Source: Alphaproteobacteria bacterium (GTDB lineage Bacteria > Pseudomonadota > Alphaproteobacteria > SHVV01). From it: 64,000 bases of DNA. A program made the translations under genes and the position numbers. Location of the stretch: positions 2,240,001 to 2,304,000 of the forward strand of contig OZ253470.1 of NCBI GenBank assembly GCA_965261735.1, written 5' to 3'. Position 1 is the first letter of the stretch. Every line of letters starts with the position of its first letter. Of this stretch, positions 1 to 10,234 are shown in pieces. Under the pieces are notes generated by a model. The model was given only the letters and a program-made list of their open reading frames with translations, made no database searches and was not told the origin of the DNA.

Positions 1-39
1 CTAGCCCTAGTGGGTGTGGGTGTAAACCGGATAGGCAAG
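1..39 (-). mobile_element. Left end of IS1595-family element A (continues beyond the window)
   Basis: Identical to 1539..1577 and ends in the terminal IR ...AACCGGATAGGCAAG. Confidence 0.9.
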
Positions 40-472
40 GATCGTAAGTATGTGAGGAAGTCGAAACGGCAGTGGACAACTTGCTACGCACAGAAACGAA
101 CAGACGTTTCAAGTATAAAATAGGTAATCATCCTCTGTATTATTGATTGGTGTCCGAATGAGATCTATAATCGTTGGTGCGATGACGGCGCTGTAGATGC
201 ATCGAGTTTCACCGAATCCGCCGCCCGGCCAGAGGCGTCCGCCATCGCAAGCTAGTCGTCCAGCTCCCTTCGGGAGTGCTGGCCGGCGGCAGACCATTGA
301 GGTGCTGATGGTCACTGCAGGAGAACTCGCCCAACTCCGTGACACGGCCGAAGCGGGCGATATCGACGAGGAGTTCCACTCGTTGCGTCGCGCTGCCGAT
401 GCGGGTTGCACCAAGGCCATGCTGCCGTTGAGCGCTATCTGCATTGCGGGCTGGGGGCCCGTACCTTCGTAA

Positions 473-1577
473 CTTGCCTATCCGGTTAACACCCATGGCC
501 GCTACATGTAGGGTGCCACCACTCTCCCGAGTAAAGCTCGGCATAGGTTGGAGCAGAGGTGTCGCCCGCGATGCCGAGCAATGAGCGGAAGGCGTTGAAC
601 GGGTAGAACCGCCTGTTGAAGCGGAAGGTGAACTCGTTGAGGTAGGCTTGTAGGTGCTGGTGGCTAACGCCGTGGTGGATACCGATCAGCCACGTCTTCA
701 GGTTGGCGAAAACCAGATGGATGATCGGCAGGTATTGCTCGGCAACCTCTGGATCACCACACTCGGCAACAGCGAAGTGCTCATAGCCGCGCTTCCCGAG
801 GCCAGCATAGCCGCTCCAATCGTCAGTAACGATCAGCGATCGCGGCGCGACGGTGCTCTCGACGAACCCACAGAGCGACTCGGCGCTACGGTCGAGCACG
901 ACGGCGAGCCGAACGCGTCCGGCATAGCGTCCGTCTTTCCGGTTGTCGAGCTTGGTGCCCGGCTTTCGATGACGCACCTCGATGGCACAGGAGACGGGAA
1001 CCTTGTGGTGAACACCACGGCCTTCCCCACGCGTTCGCCCGCCAACCCAGGTTTCGTCCACCTCAACATGGTTCTTGGGCTGTCCACCGATCCTGTCTTG
1101 GTTGGGCCGCACCATGCCCGAGCGGAGCTTGTGGAGAATTTGAAAGGCCGTCTCGTAGCGCGAAAGACCAAGTTGCCGCTGAAACTGCACGGCGGACATG
1201 CCGGGCGTCTGACTGGCGACCAGATAAGCGGCCCAGAACCAGACGTTCAGCGGAGTGTGGCTACGCTCCATCACTGTTCCCACCGTCAGCCCGGTGTTCT
1301 GGCGGCACTTGCGGCAGCGCAGGACGCCAGGGCGGTTTTCAAAGTGGAACGGCTCTCCCGCCGTGCCGCAGTGCGGGCAGGCAAAGCCGTCTCCCCAGCG
1401 GGCTTTCTCCAGGTAGGCGGCGCAGGCCGCATCATCGGGGAAAAGTCGCTGGAACTCGGGTAGCGAATGCGGGAATGGGAGATCGGCGCGGTCGAGAACA
1501 TCCATGGCGCGCTCCCCTATATCCGGGTTGCGCCCATTCTAGCCCTAGTGGGTGTGGGTGTAAACCGGATAGGCAAG
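473..1577 (-). mobile_element. IS1595-family element A, full-length copy (1105 bp)
   Basis: Terminal IRs CTTGCCTATCCGGTT / AACCGGATAGGCAAG (about 32 bp imperfect) flank a transposase. The flanks do not form a target duplication. Confidence 0.93.
486..1505 (-). CDS. IS1595-family transposase
   Basis: N-terminal Zn ribbon CPHCG...CRKC, VEVDETW, VTDDW and YLNEFTFRFNRR motifs. The stop codon lies inside the IR. Confidence 0.93.
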   Translation of the reverse strand: MDVLDRADLPFPHSLPEFQRLFPDDAACAAYLEKARWGDGFACPHCGTAGEPFHFENRPGVLRCRKCRQNTGLTVGTVMERSHTPLNVWFWAAYLVASQTPGMSAVQFQRQLGLSRYETAFQILHKLRSGMVRPNQDRIGGQPKNHVEVDETWVGGRTRGEGRGVHHKVPVSCAIEVRHRKPGTKLDNRKDGRYAGRVRLAVVLDRSAESLCGFVESTVAPRSLIVTDDWSGYAGLGKRGYEHFAVAECGDPEVAEQYLPIIHLVFANLKTWLIGIHHGVSHQHLQAYLNEFTFRFNRRFYPFNAFRSLLGIAGDTSAPTYAELYSGEWWHPTCSGHGC

Positions 1578-1730
1578 GGCGTATCCTTCCTTCGTGGAAA
1601 TGGCGACTTAGATCATCGCCAGGATACGCCGCCTTTACTTCACCCCATCACCAAGATTCAGCTATAGCTAAATATCAACCCGCCCCGCGGTCGACCGCTG
1701 CTGCCCCCAATCTACAAGAGGCGGCGCGAC

Positions 1731-3146
1731 ATGATCGTGAATGGTCTGTACAGGCGCTACGCGGAGAACCTCATTAAGCGGAAGGCCCGTGAAGGTCATG
1801 CCGCCGGCTGGACCCGCCTGCCTTATCCGCCGGCGGAGAACCGGCGCCTGTTGATCACGCAGCCGCCCCGCTCTCTCAAATCGATCTGCGCCTCGGTCGC
1901 GTTCCCGGCCTGGGTGCTGGGCCACGATCCCACCGTGCGCATCATGTGTGTGAGCTACGGCGAGGGCCTTGCCCACGAGTTTGCCCGGCAGTTTCGCATG
2001 GTCACCGACGGCGAGTGGTACCGGCGGGTCTTTCCCCGCATGCGTCTCAAGACGGAAACCAGGACCGAGGCGGTCACGACCAGGGGCGGCGGCCGGGTCG
2101 CCCTGTCCGTGGGCGGCTCGATTACCGGCCGCGGTGCGGACTTCATCATCATCGACGACCCGCTCAAGGCCGAGGACAGCGCTTCCGAAACGGCCCGCGC
2201 CAGGGTCATCGACTGGTACGACGGCACGCTCAGCACCCGGCTCAACGACAAGGAGCTGGGTGTCATCATCCTGGTCATGCAGCGGCTGCACCAGGAGGAC
2301 CTCGCCGGCTTCGTGATCGAGCGCGGCGGCTGGCTTGAGCTCAGTCTCCCGGCGATCGCCCCCGTTGACCAGGAGGTGTCGGTCAGCCCGGATGAGCTGC
2401 ATTATCGCGAGGCGGGCTCGATACTCCATCCCGAGCGCGAGTCCGGCGAGACCCTGGAGCGGATCAAGGCCGAGATCGGCAGCCTCCAGTTCTCGGCACA
2501 ATACCAGCAAAGCCCCGTTCCGCCGGAGGGCAACCTCATCAGGCGCGACTGGCTCAAGACCTACGACACCGCCCCCTCTCGCGGTCCCGGGGTCAGGATC
2601 GTGCAAAGCTGGGACATCGCGACAACGACCGATGAGCGCAATGACTGGTCGGTCTGCACCACCTGGGCCATCAGGCAAAAGGTCTTCTATCTCCTCGATG
2701 TCTGGCGCGCCCGGGTCGAGTTCCCTGCGCTCAGGCGCCAGATCGTCAACCACGCACTCGCTCACCGGGCACAGACCGTGCTGATCGAGAAGGCCGGTCC
2801 AGGACTGCAGCTGGTCCAGGAGTTGCGGAACGATCCGACGCCCCAGTTTCCAAAGCCGATCGGCATCGTGCCGGAAGGCGACAAGCGGATGCGCATGGAA
2901 GCGCAAACGCCGCGCTTCGAAGCCGGTCACGTGTTGCTGCCAAAGGAGGCCCCCTGGCTCGCCGACCTTCTTGACGAGCTGCTCGCCTTCCCGCGTGGGC
3001 GGCACGACGACCAGGTCGACAGCGTCTCCCAGTTCCTCAAGTGGGCGTGGGCCGACTGGAGGCGACCGAGTATTGCTCTGACCGCCCCCGAACTTATCAG
3101 GCTCGACGACGGAATCATGGATCAGCCGTTCTCGAGATATTGCTGA
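1731..3146 (+). CDS. Phage terminase large subunit-like protein, probably 5'-truncated
   Basis: PPRSLKS P-loop region, GRGADFIIIDD Walker B, VMQRLH, QSWD and HDDQVDS nuclease motifs. Homology appears to start near 1840. Confidence 0.85.
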   Translation: MIVNGLYRRYAENLIKRKAREGHAAGWTRLPYPPAENRRLLITQPPRSLKSICASVAFPAWVLGHDPTVRIMCVSYGEGLAHEFARQFRMVTDGEWYRRVFPRMRLKTETRTEAVTTRGGGRVALSVGGSITGRGADFIIIDDPLKAEDSASETARARVIDWYDGTLSTRLNDKELGVIILVMQRLHQEDLAGFVIERGGWLELSLPAIAPVDQEVSVSPDELHYREAGSILHPERESGETLERIKAEIGSLQFSAQYQQSPVPPEGNLIRRDWLKTYDTAPSRGPGVRIVQSWDIATTTDERNDWSVCTTWAIRQKVFYLLDVWRARVEFPALRRQIVNHALAHRAQTVLIEKAGPGLQLVQELRNDPTPQFPKPIGIVPEGDKRMRMEAQTPRFEAGHVLLPKEAPWLADLLDELLAFPRGRHDDQVDSVSQFLKWAWADWRRPSIALTAPELIRLDDGIMDQPFSRYC

Positions 3147-3433
3147 AATAGATGATCAGGCCTGACGCAGCACCTTAGCTGGCGCTTCGGAATAAGTGCG
3201 CGCGCCGGGTTTGATAACCGCCGTCGAAGGGTGTGCGCAGCCCAGCGACACTGGTGGGACACTTGACCGATGTGAGCTCCATTAAGCCGCCTTCGAAATC
3301 GAAACGAAATGCCTTTGTCGACCGATCAACGCTGGATGCTATTACAAAAGCACCAAATTTTTTTGAATGAGGATGCCGAGAATCTCGACGAAGGTGACCA
3401 CGGCTTTCGGAAATCATGCTGTGGGACTTAGGG

Positions 3434-4827
3434 GGTTGTGTCTCGAAAGTGGTGGAAATTGGTTTTGGCGCCTCTCCGAGCGGGTTGAGTTTTGCGGCGG
3501 TCAGGCTGCGCGGTCAAGGGTTTCGTCGGCGATTAGCTGATCGAGGGTTTCCCATCCATCGACTTTGCGCATCTGGATTTGGCCGGAAGCGAGGAGTGCC
3601 CAGAGGAGCATCGGCACTGTTTCGGGACACGGCAGCACGGTCTGTGTTTTGATCCGGCGCTTGAACTCCTCGTTGAGACGCTCAATGGCGTTGGTCGTTC
3701 GGGCTGATTTCCATTGGCTCTTGGACAGGCGCGTGAAGGTAAAGAGCTTGTCGCCCGCTTCTGCGAGGCTGTCCGCGACGGCCCTGCATTTCAGCCGCCA
3801 CTTGCGGACAAACGCCTTGCGGCGGGTTTCCACCTCGGAGGCAGTGTCGGCATAGATCATATCGCGGTAATCTTCGCTCAGCTCGTCATGCATGTGTTTG
3901 GGAGCATGACCCAGAAGGTTGCGGTGCTTGTGCACGGTGCAGCGTTGAACGGGAAGGTCATCGCCCCAAAGCGCCGACAGAGCCGCCTCCAGTCCCGGCG
4001 CGCCATCGACGATGACAAACCCGGGCCGTTTCAGTCCACGCGCATCAAGGTCGTCGAGGAACTGGCGCCACGCCGCCTGGCTTTCTCCGCCCATATTCCC
4101 GATCGAAAGCAAGACCTTCTGGCCATCCCGGCGCACCCCTATAGCCGCGAGAACCGAGATGTTGGTGGCCTTGCGGTCCAGTCGGGTCTTGATCACAGTG
4201 CCGTCAAGGATCAGCCGAACGATATCCTCATCCGCGAGGCCACGGCTGCACCAGGCGTCCCAATCGACCTTCACCTTGCGCCACGCCCGGCTCACAACGT
4301 CCTTGCTCACAGCACCCCGGAAGAGCCCGAACAGCGCGCGTTTCACCCGCCGCGTGTTGGTTCCGGACAGATACACCGAAGCGATCAGCGCCTCGGCCTT
4401 TCTGGTCAGCCGCTGGTAGCGCGGCAGCGCCCGCGAACGCCATTCCGACGCCCGACCGTCTTCCTCAACGATCCGCGCACGCGGCACGCTCACCCTCTCG
4501 GTCCCGAATGTCCCCGTCAGTTGCCGCTCCCGGTGCCCGTTCCGATACCCTTGCCGAAGCGCGTCCTCTCGACCGTATCGGCAGCGCCCGAGAAACTGCG
4601 CAAGTTCCTCCTCAAAAACGGCCTCGATCGTGGATCTGATGTTCTCCCGCAGCCGGTCCTCGAGCGGATCATAGCCGGCGTCATTGGCCAGTAGCGAAAG
4701 CGCGGAAGTCTCGGTAGTGTTCTTCATGGCGTGATCTCCTTGGCGGTGCTAGCCGCCGATTGGGTGGTTGTCTTGTCACCCGGAGATTACGCCATCCTCA
4801 AATTTCCACCACTTTCGAGACACAGCC
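3434..4827 (-). mobile_element. IS256-family element
   Basis: IRs GG(T/C)TGTGTCTCGAAAGTGGTGGAAATT, with 8-bp target duplication ACTTAGGG at 3426-3433 and 4828-4835. Confidence 0.93.
3501..4727 (-). CDS. IS256-family (mutator) transposase
   Basis: GYRNG, LILDG, IVDGAPGL, QRCTVH and TTNAIERLNEEFKRR motifs. Confidence 0.93.
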   Translation of the reverse strand: MKNTTETSALSLLANDAGYDPLEDRLRENIRSTIEAVFEEELAQFLGRCRYGREDALRQGYRNGHRERQLTGTFGTERVSVPRARIVEEDGRASEWRSRALPRYQRLTRKAEALIASVYLSGTNTRRVKRALFGLFRGAVSKDVVSRAWRKVKVDWDAWCSRGLADEDIVRLILDGTVIKTRLDRKATNISVLAAIGVRRDGQKVLLSIGNMGGESQAAWRQFLDDLDARGLKRPGFVIVDGAPGLEAALSALWGDDLPVQRCTVHKHRNLLGHAPKHMHDELSEDYRDMIYADTASEVETRRKAFVRKWRLKCRAVADSLAEAGDKLFTFTRLSKSQWKSARTTNAIERLNEEFKRRIKTQTVLPCPETVPMLLWALLASGQIQMRKVDGWETLDQLIADETLDRAA

Positions 4828-4869
4828 ACTTAGGGCGCCCACAAACTGACATAAAGAGGATGTTTTTCC

Positions 4870-5235
4870 ATGCGACAACAAACGACTCCCGAATCGGGAA
4901 CCCTGACGGCTCTGGCGGCAGCTAGTGAGCCGCCGGAGGATCCGCGTGAGCGGGCCGCGTTCTACTGGACCCGCGCGAATCACTTTGCTCGGCGCGCTGT
5001 CGAGGATGCGTGGCGTTGCGGCCAAGCGCTCAATGAGGCCAAGGCCGCGTTGCCTCATGGAGCGTGGCACCCCTGGTTGGAAAGCAGAGCCATTGCAAGG
5101 CGCACCGCGACGCGATGGATGGAGCTCGCCCGCGAGATTGAAATCGGCCAAATTGGCCGATTCGAAAGCGTGGAGGCCGCGCTCAAGTCGGTTGATAAGT
5201 GGAGACTAGACGAGTACGCCGCACGCGCGCGCTCG
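4870..5235 (+). pseudogene. DUF3102-like phage/satellite protein, N-terminal part
   Basis: GQALNEAKAALPHGAWHPWL...RTATRWM resembles DUF3102. The ORF runs out of frame into portal sequence. Confidence 0.6.
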
Positions 5236-6265
5236 GCAACGGGAGGCCCGCGAAGCGATTGGCGGATATACCGAGATCATTTCCCGGCTGGTCGAGGCGC
5301 AAGCGGCGGGAACCACGCAACTCGCGAGCGCGACCGCCGCGACCGAGGCCGTGGCCGGCTTGCTCTCACGATCCCTCGCGGCGGCGCTGGTCGAGGGCTC
5401 GGGGGCGTCCGAGGTCGTGACACCGCGTGTCCTGGGCCAGATGGGCCGCGACCTGATCCGCGTTGGTGAGTCGTTGCACGTCATTCGTTTCATGGGTGGG
5501 CGCCTGCTGCTGATCCCGGCGAGCACTTGGTATTGGGAAGGCGACACGGACCCGGCGACGTGGCTTTGCACGGCGACCGCCTACGGGCCGTCGGGATCGT
5601 CGACGTGGCGGGTGCCGCAATCGAGCGTCGTTTTTGTGACCTGGGGAAGTCCGACCGCGCGGCCATACCATGGCTTGTCGCCTTCGTCCTGGGCCGCCGA
5701 TACGGCACGGCTGAACGCGAACACCGAGCGATCCTTGGCCGATGAGGCCGGCGGACCCGTCGCCCAACTCTTGCCGGTTCCGCATGACGGTGGCGACGAC
5801 GACGCGCTCGCCGCATTGAAGGGCGACATTAAAGAGGCACGCGGTAAGGCGTTGCTGGTCGAGACTGTCAATTACGGCTGGGGCGAGGGCAAGGGCGCCG
5901 CCCCCATGGCGGACTGGAAGCAACAACGGCTTGGGCCGCAACCGACCGAGGCAATGGTCAAGCTCGCCGGCGCGGCGTTTGATCGCGTGCTCGCCGCGTC
6001 GGGCTGTTCGCCGGCGTTGTTCGACGACTCGGACGGAACGGCGAAACGCGAGGCGTTGCGGCAATGGCACTTGGGCGCCGTCATGCCGCTGGCCCGGCAG
6101 ATTGAGCACGAACTGGCGGCGAAGCTCGAAACCGACGTGCGGCTCCGTTTTGATTTGTACAACGTGGATCTCGCCGGCCGCGCTCAAGCGTTCCAGAAAC
6201 TTGTCGCCGGCGGCGTGGCGGTGAACGAAGCGCTGGTTACGGCCGGCCTGTTGGCGGGCGAGTGA
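5236..6265 (+). CDS. Phage portal-like protein, start codon apparently lost
   Basis: The frame is open from EAREAIGGYTEIISRLV through the annotated 5351..6265 ORF. It has portal-like features (GLSP, VMPLARQIEHELAAKL, DLAGRAQAFQKLV..G). Confidence 0.6.
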
Positions 6266-6296
6266 TGCCACGGCCGCCGCAGTGCACCTTTGAGTG

Positions 6297-6326
6297 TTGA
6301 CAAATATATTAATGCAGTTTACTAAT
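6297..6326 (+). promoter_or_regulatory. Putative sigma70-type promoter
   Basis: TTGACA at 6297, an AT-rich spacer and TACTAAT at 6320, upstream of a GGAGG RBS and ATG at 6357. Confidence 0.45.
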
Positions 6327-6356
6327 GTACATCAAGCGAGAAATCGGAGGTTGCCG

Positions 6357-6761
6357 ATGGCGAAGCGAAAGGCGCAGGCGGGCCGCAAACTCGTCAGCGT
6401 GCCGAACGAGACATACGACGCGCTCGCTCAGCTTCAACGGGAGCTGGCGGCGGTCACCGGGCAGCGGGTGACCATCGGTGATGTGGTCGCGCGTGGAGCG
6501 CAATGCCTCTGCGACGCGCATGCGGGGCAGACGTGGCTGACTCCCGCCGAACAGGAAGCACCGCTGAGGGAGCGGGTTCGAACGGCCGTAATGTCGAACC
6601 TGATCGCCTTGCGCGAAATGGTGCCGGGAATCGGCATCGGCGAAATCGGGTACGACCCGGACAACGATGCTGTCTTGGTGAACGTCGCGGGCGAAGATGA
6701 GCCGGTGCCGCTCTATCCCGATTCGCCGACCGCTTGGGCCGCGCGCCGAAGGCCAAACTGA
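6357..6761 (+). CDS. Hypothetical protein with possible ribbon-helix-helix N-terminus
   Basis: Good RBS. The KLVSVPNETYDALAQL...TIGDVV pattern suggests RHH. Confidence 0.6.
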   Translation: MAKRKAQAGRKLVSVPNETYDALAQLQRELAAVTGQRVTIGDVVARGAQCLCDAHAGQTWLTPAEQEAPLRERVRTAVMSNLIALREMVPGIGIGEIGYDPDNDAVLVNVAGEDEPVPLYPDSPTAWAARRRPN

Positions 6762-6779
6762 GGGGATGGGCCGCGGCTG

Positions 6780-6977
6780 ATGGCGAATCAGAAAGCTGCC
6801 ATCACGCAAGCGGAGGTCGCGCGCCTCGCCAAAGGCATGCGCGCCGCCGGCATCGACGAATTTTCGATCAAGGTCGAGAAGCCGGACGGCACCAAGATTT
6901 CCATCGACACGGGCAAAACTTTTGAGGCCGTCAACACGGGCGACGATATCGACGCGATGATCGAGAGGTTGCCGTGA
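6780..6977 (+). CDS. Small protein upstream of integrase (excisionase-like position)
   Basis: 65 aa with ITQAEVARLAKGMRAAG; GTGA overlap with the integrase start. Confidence 0.65.
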   Translation: MANQKAAITQAEVARLAKGMRAAGIDEFSIKVEKPDGTKISIDTGKTFEAVNTGDDIDAMIERLP

Positions 6978-7880
6978 AGCATCGCCGCAATCCCTTCCCC
7001 GGCGTTTCGACGAAGCCTGACCGCCACGGCAAGCTGCGGCACCGGTTGCGGCGCACCGTTATGGGGCGCAAGGTCGACACATATCTGCGCGGACCCTACG
7101 GCTCGGCAGAGTTCCGCGCGGCCTATGAGGAAGCCTGCGAGGGTGGGCGCGTGGCAGGACGGCGGGCGCCGCCCGGCACTATCGCCTACCTGATCGAGGC
7201 ATACCTGGACTCGGCCGCGTTTCGGAACCTCGCGCCCACGACGCGCACGGACAAGCGACCGCGGCTTGACTGGATCAGGGCGGCCATCGGCGACGCCCGC
7301 TATGCCCGGATGCAGCCGCGCCAAGTCGAAGCGCTGATGACGAAGAAAGGCGGCCCGGAAGCTTCAAACCGGCTGAAGAAAGACTTGGCCCAGCTTTTCC
7401 GCTTCGCGGCCAAGCACTTCGCATTCAGCAGCCCGAACCCAGCTGCGCTCGCCGACTCGTACAAGATCAGATCGTCGGGTTTTCACTCGTGGACGAACGA
7501 GGAAATAACCAGTTTTCGTCACCAATTCCCATCGGGATCACAGGCGCGGTTGGCGCTGGAACTCTTTCTGGGCACCGGCGCGGCAAGGCAGGACGCAGCG
7601 GGCTTGACGCGGGCGAACATTCGCGGCGCTGAAATCCACTACAGCCGGCAAAAAACCGGGCAAGACGTGGTAATCCCGATACTGCCCGAGCTGCGGCTCG
7701 AATTGGCGCGTATTCCGCCGACCCGACTTCCGATTCTGGCGCATGGTCGCCCGGAGCGACTGTATACAGCGCGCGCTTTGGGGGGCCTGTTCCGCCGCTG
7801 GTGTACGGAGGCCGCCTTGCCGGATCATTGCCGATCCCATGGGCTTCGCAAGGCGGGCGCGCGGCGACTGGCCGAAGCGG

Positions 7881-9329
7881 GGTCGTGTCCCAGGACGTGG
7901 TGTAGGAGTTGTTGGAGCCTCTGTTAGCTGTGGGTAGGCGGCTTGCCGTAGCGACCGCCGAGAGTCTGGCGTAGGCAAGCCGGCTATCCACAGCGGAGGC
8001 CATCGCGGTTCCGGTTTAGGGTTGGGCTAGTGCAAACCAACCTGACCCGAAGGAGAACCACGATGACCCAGGACATGATGACCCTGCGCGCGCTTTTGGA
8101 GAAGAGCTCCGATGCCGATCTGCTTTGCGAGATGATCGGCTTCACGGCCGAGCGGCTGATGGCACTGGAGGTTGAGGGCCTGACCGGCGCCGGGCACGGC
8201 GAGCGCTCGGCGGATCGTATCACCCATCGCAACGGCTACCGCGACCGGTCCTGGGAGACGCGGGCCGGCACGGTCGAGCTGAAGATCCCGAAGCTGAGGA
8301 AGGGAAGCTACTTCCCGGGCTTCCTGGAGCCGCGGCGGATGGCCGAGAAGGCGCTGGCTGCGGTGATCCAGGAGGCCTACATCCAGGGGGTGTCGACCCG
8401 CTCGGTCGACGATCTGGTTCAGGCGATGGGGATGTCGGGCGCCTCCAAGAGCCAGGTCTCCAGGCTGTGCGGCGAGATCGACGATAAGGTCAACGGCTTC
8501 CTCGATCGACCGCTGGAGGGCGACTGGCCCTATCTGTGGCTCGACGCCACCTACGTGAAGGTGCGCCAGACCGGACGCATCGTCTCGGTCGCGGTGACCG
8601 TGGCTGTGGCCGTCAACGACCAAGGCCGCCGCGAGGTCCTGGGCGTGGCGATCGGCGCGTCGGAGGCCGAGACCTTCTGGACCGAGTTCCTGCGCTCGCT
8701 GGCCCGGCGCGGGCTGCGCGGCGTGAAGCTGGTGATCTCCGACGACCACAAGGGCCTGAAGGCCGCCGCGACCCGGATCCTCGGCGCCACATGGCAGCGC
8801 TGCCGCGTGCACTTCGCCCGCAACCTGCTGGCCCATGCCGGCCGCCAGGGCCGGCGCGTCGTCTCCGCCTTCGTCGCCACCGCCTTCGCCCAGGAGGACG
8901 CCGACAGCGCGAAGGTCCAGTGGCGCCAGGTCGCCGACCAGCTCAGGCCCAAGGTGCCCAAGCTGGCAGTTCTCATGGACGAAGCCGAGCACGACGTCCT
9001 CGCCTACATGAGCTTCCCCAGGGAGCACCGCCAGAAATTGCACTCCACAAACCCGATCGAACGGCTCCATGCCGAGGTCAAGCGTCGCACCAACGTCGTC
9101 GGTATCTTTCCCAACGAAGCCGCCATCACACGGCTCGTCGGCGCCATCCTTCTCGAGCAGAACGACGAGTGGGCCGTCTCAAGGAGATACATGACGCTGG
9201 AATCCATCGCTCCGCTGAGCGATGGTGTCCCCATCACGCTGCCCACCGTGGCAGCCTGAACGTCCCGGCCCTACCCGCCGGGAGCCGCGTAGAGCGCAAC
9301 GCTCTTACACCACTCCGCGGGACACGATC
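7881..9329 (+). mobile_element. IS256-family element (second type)
   Basis: Imperfect IRs G(G/A)TCGTGTCCC...GTGGTGTA and 8-bp duplication CGAAGCGG at 7873-7880 and 9330-9337. Confidence 0.92.
8063..9259 (+). CDS. IS256-family transposase
   Basis: [31 protein letters not shown] and STNPIERL motifs; RBS AGGAG upstream. Confidence 0.93.
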   Translation: MTQDMMTLRALLEKSSDADLLCEMIGFTAERLMALEVEGLTGAGHGERSADRITHRNGYRDRSWETRAGTVELKIPKLRKGSYFPGFLEPRRMAEKALAAVIQEAYIQGVSTRSVDDLVQAMGMSGASKSQVSRLCGEIDDKVNGFLDRPLEGDWPYLWLDATYVKVRQTGRIVSVAVTVAVAVNDQGRREVLGVAIGASEAETFWTEFLRSLARRGLRGVKLVISDDHKGLKAAATRILGATWQRCRVHFARNLLAHAGRQGRRVVSAFVATAFAQEDADSAKVQWRQVADQLRPKVPKLAVLMDEAEHDVLAYMSFPREHRQKLHSTNPIERLHAEVKRRTNVVGIFPNEAAITRLVGAILLEQNDEWAVSRRYMTLESIAPLSDGVPITLPTVAA

Positions 9330-9474
9330 CGAAGCGGGCGCCACCGAATTTCAGATTATGAGCTTCCTCGGGCACAAGACCCCTACTGAGGCGGCGCGCT
9401 ACACCGCAGCGGCCAATCGCACGAAGTTGGCCGCGTCGGGGATGGCGAAGTTGAGGGCCATACCGCGAACAGAG

Positions 9475-9503
9475 TTGTCCAACCTTGACGAAAGGTTAGA
9501 CAA
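9475..9503. repeat. Inverted repeat at the integrase 3' end (putative att/arm site)
   Basis: TTGTCCAACCTT-N5-AAGGTTAGACAA (11/12 match), followed by an AT-rich tract. Confidence 0.55.
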
Positions 9504-9559
9504 TGAAGGGATATAAAGCATTAATTAATAAAGATAAATCATCAGTGTGCCCAGTCCTT

Positions 9560-9825
9560 CCGGGAATGGACCTCGGTGTTCGCCAGCGAGCGGCTCACCG
9601 GCGCGCTGCTCGACCGCCTCACACACCATGTCCATATCATGGAGATGAACGGCGAAAGCTACCGGCTCAAGCAGAGCAGGTCCCGACGCCGGCCCTCCTC
9701 CGGATAACCCCGCTTGTCCTCGTAGCCCACAGGCCCCTCCCATGGACTACGAGGACAAGCTACCGACGCGCCCGTGGTACAATTTTGCGCCGCCGCGCCG
9801 GTACATTCTTGTGCCGCCGTTGACA
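9560..9825 (+). mobile_element. istB: IS21-family remnant (istB 3' end plus right end)
   Basis: Encodes WTSVFASERLTGALLDRLTHHVHIMEMNGESYRLKQS. Repeated GGTACA...GCCGCCG boxes end in TGACA. Confidence 0.85.
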
Positions 9826-10234
9826 GGGTTCCGGAACAGAAGTTCGATCAGGCCGCGTAGGCCAGATCGCACGCGGACCGCTCCGCTCCGAGCCAGCCGC
9901 TGCTCAAAATCAGACTGAACACCCCCGCGGTCTTCGGCGGATGCATACCGCCCGAGGCAGTGGAAGGCAGTCGCACCGCGCTTCCAAATCGGAATTTGCG
10001 GGGACCCGTGAGCCAACGCGAGGAGCCGTTCTTAGCAAGGGCTCCGGTTTCACTTTGCTGACGGGGGGTGCTAGTCTCCCCGAGACAAGCCCAAAGCGCA
10101 AAGTTTGGCTCGCGCCGCATTCGCGCAGCGATTTCGTGTTGTCCGGCCGATATGCCGGGTGGCGGTCGAGGCCGCCATGCGACCATTGCGGGTACAGCAA
10201 AGGGCGACGATGGAGGACACCACGGAGAGTGCCA

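Larger units (their letters stand above)
6974..9516 (+). pseudogene. Tyrosine integrase interrupted by IS256
   Basis: Removing the IS and one target copy restores a 361-aa ORF with R (TGAARQD), K, HGLRK, LGH and catalytic Y (AARYT). Confidence 0.92.

Noticed and set aside
1578-1630. Inverted repeat GGCGTATCCT…AGGATACGCC beside IS1595
   Set aside because: Only 10 bp, with no U-tract or associated gene; no function can be supported.
10020-10075. Group II intron domain V
   Set aside because: It begins GAGCCG but lacks the usual GNRA loop and catalytic bulge, and no reverse transcriptase is nearby.
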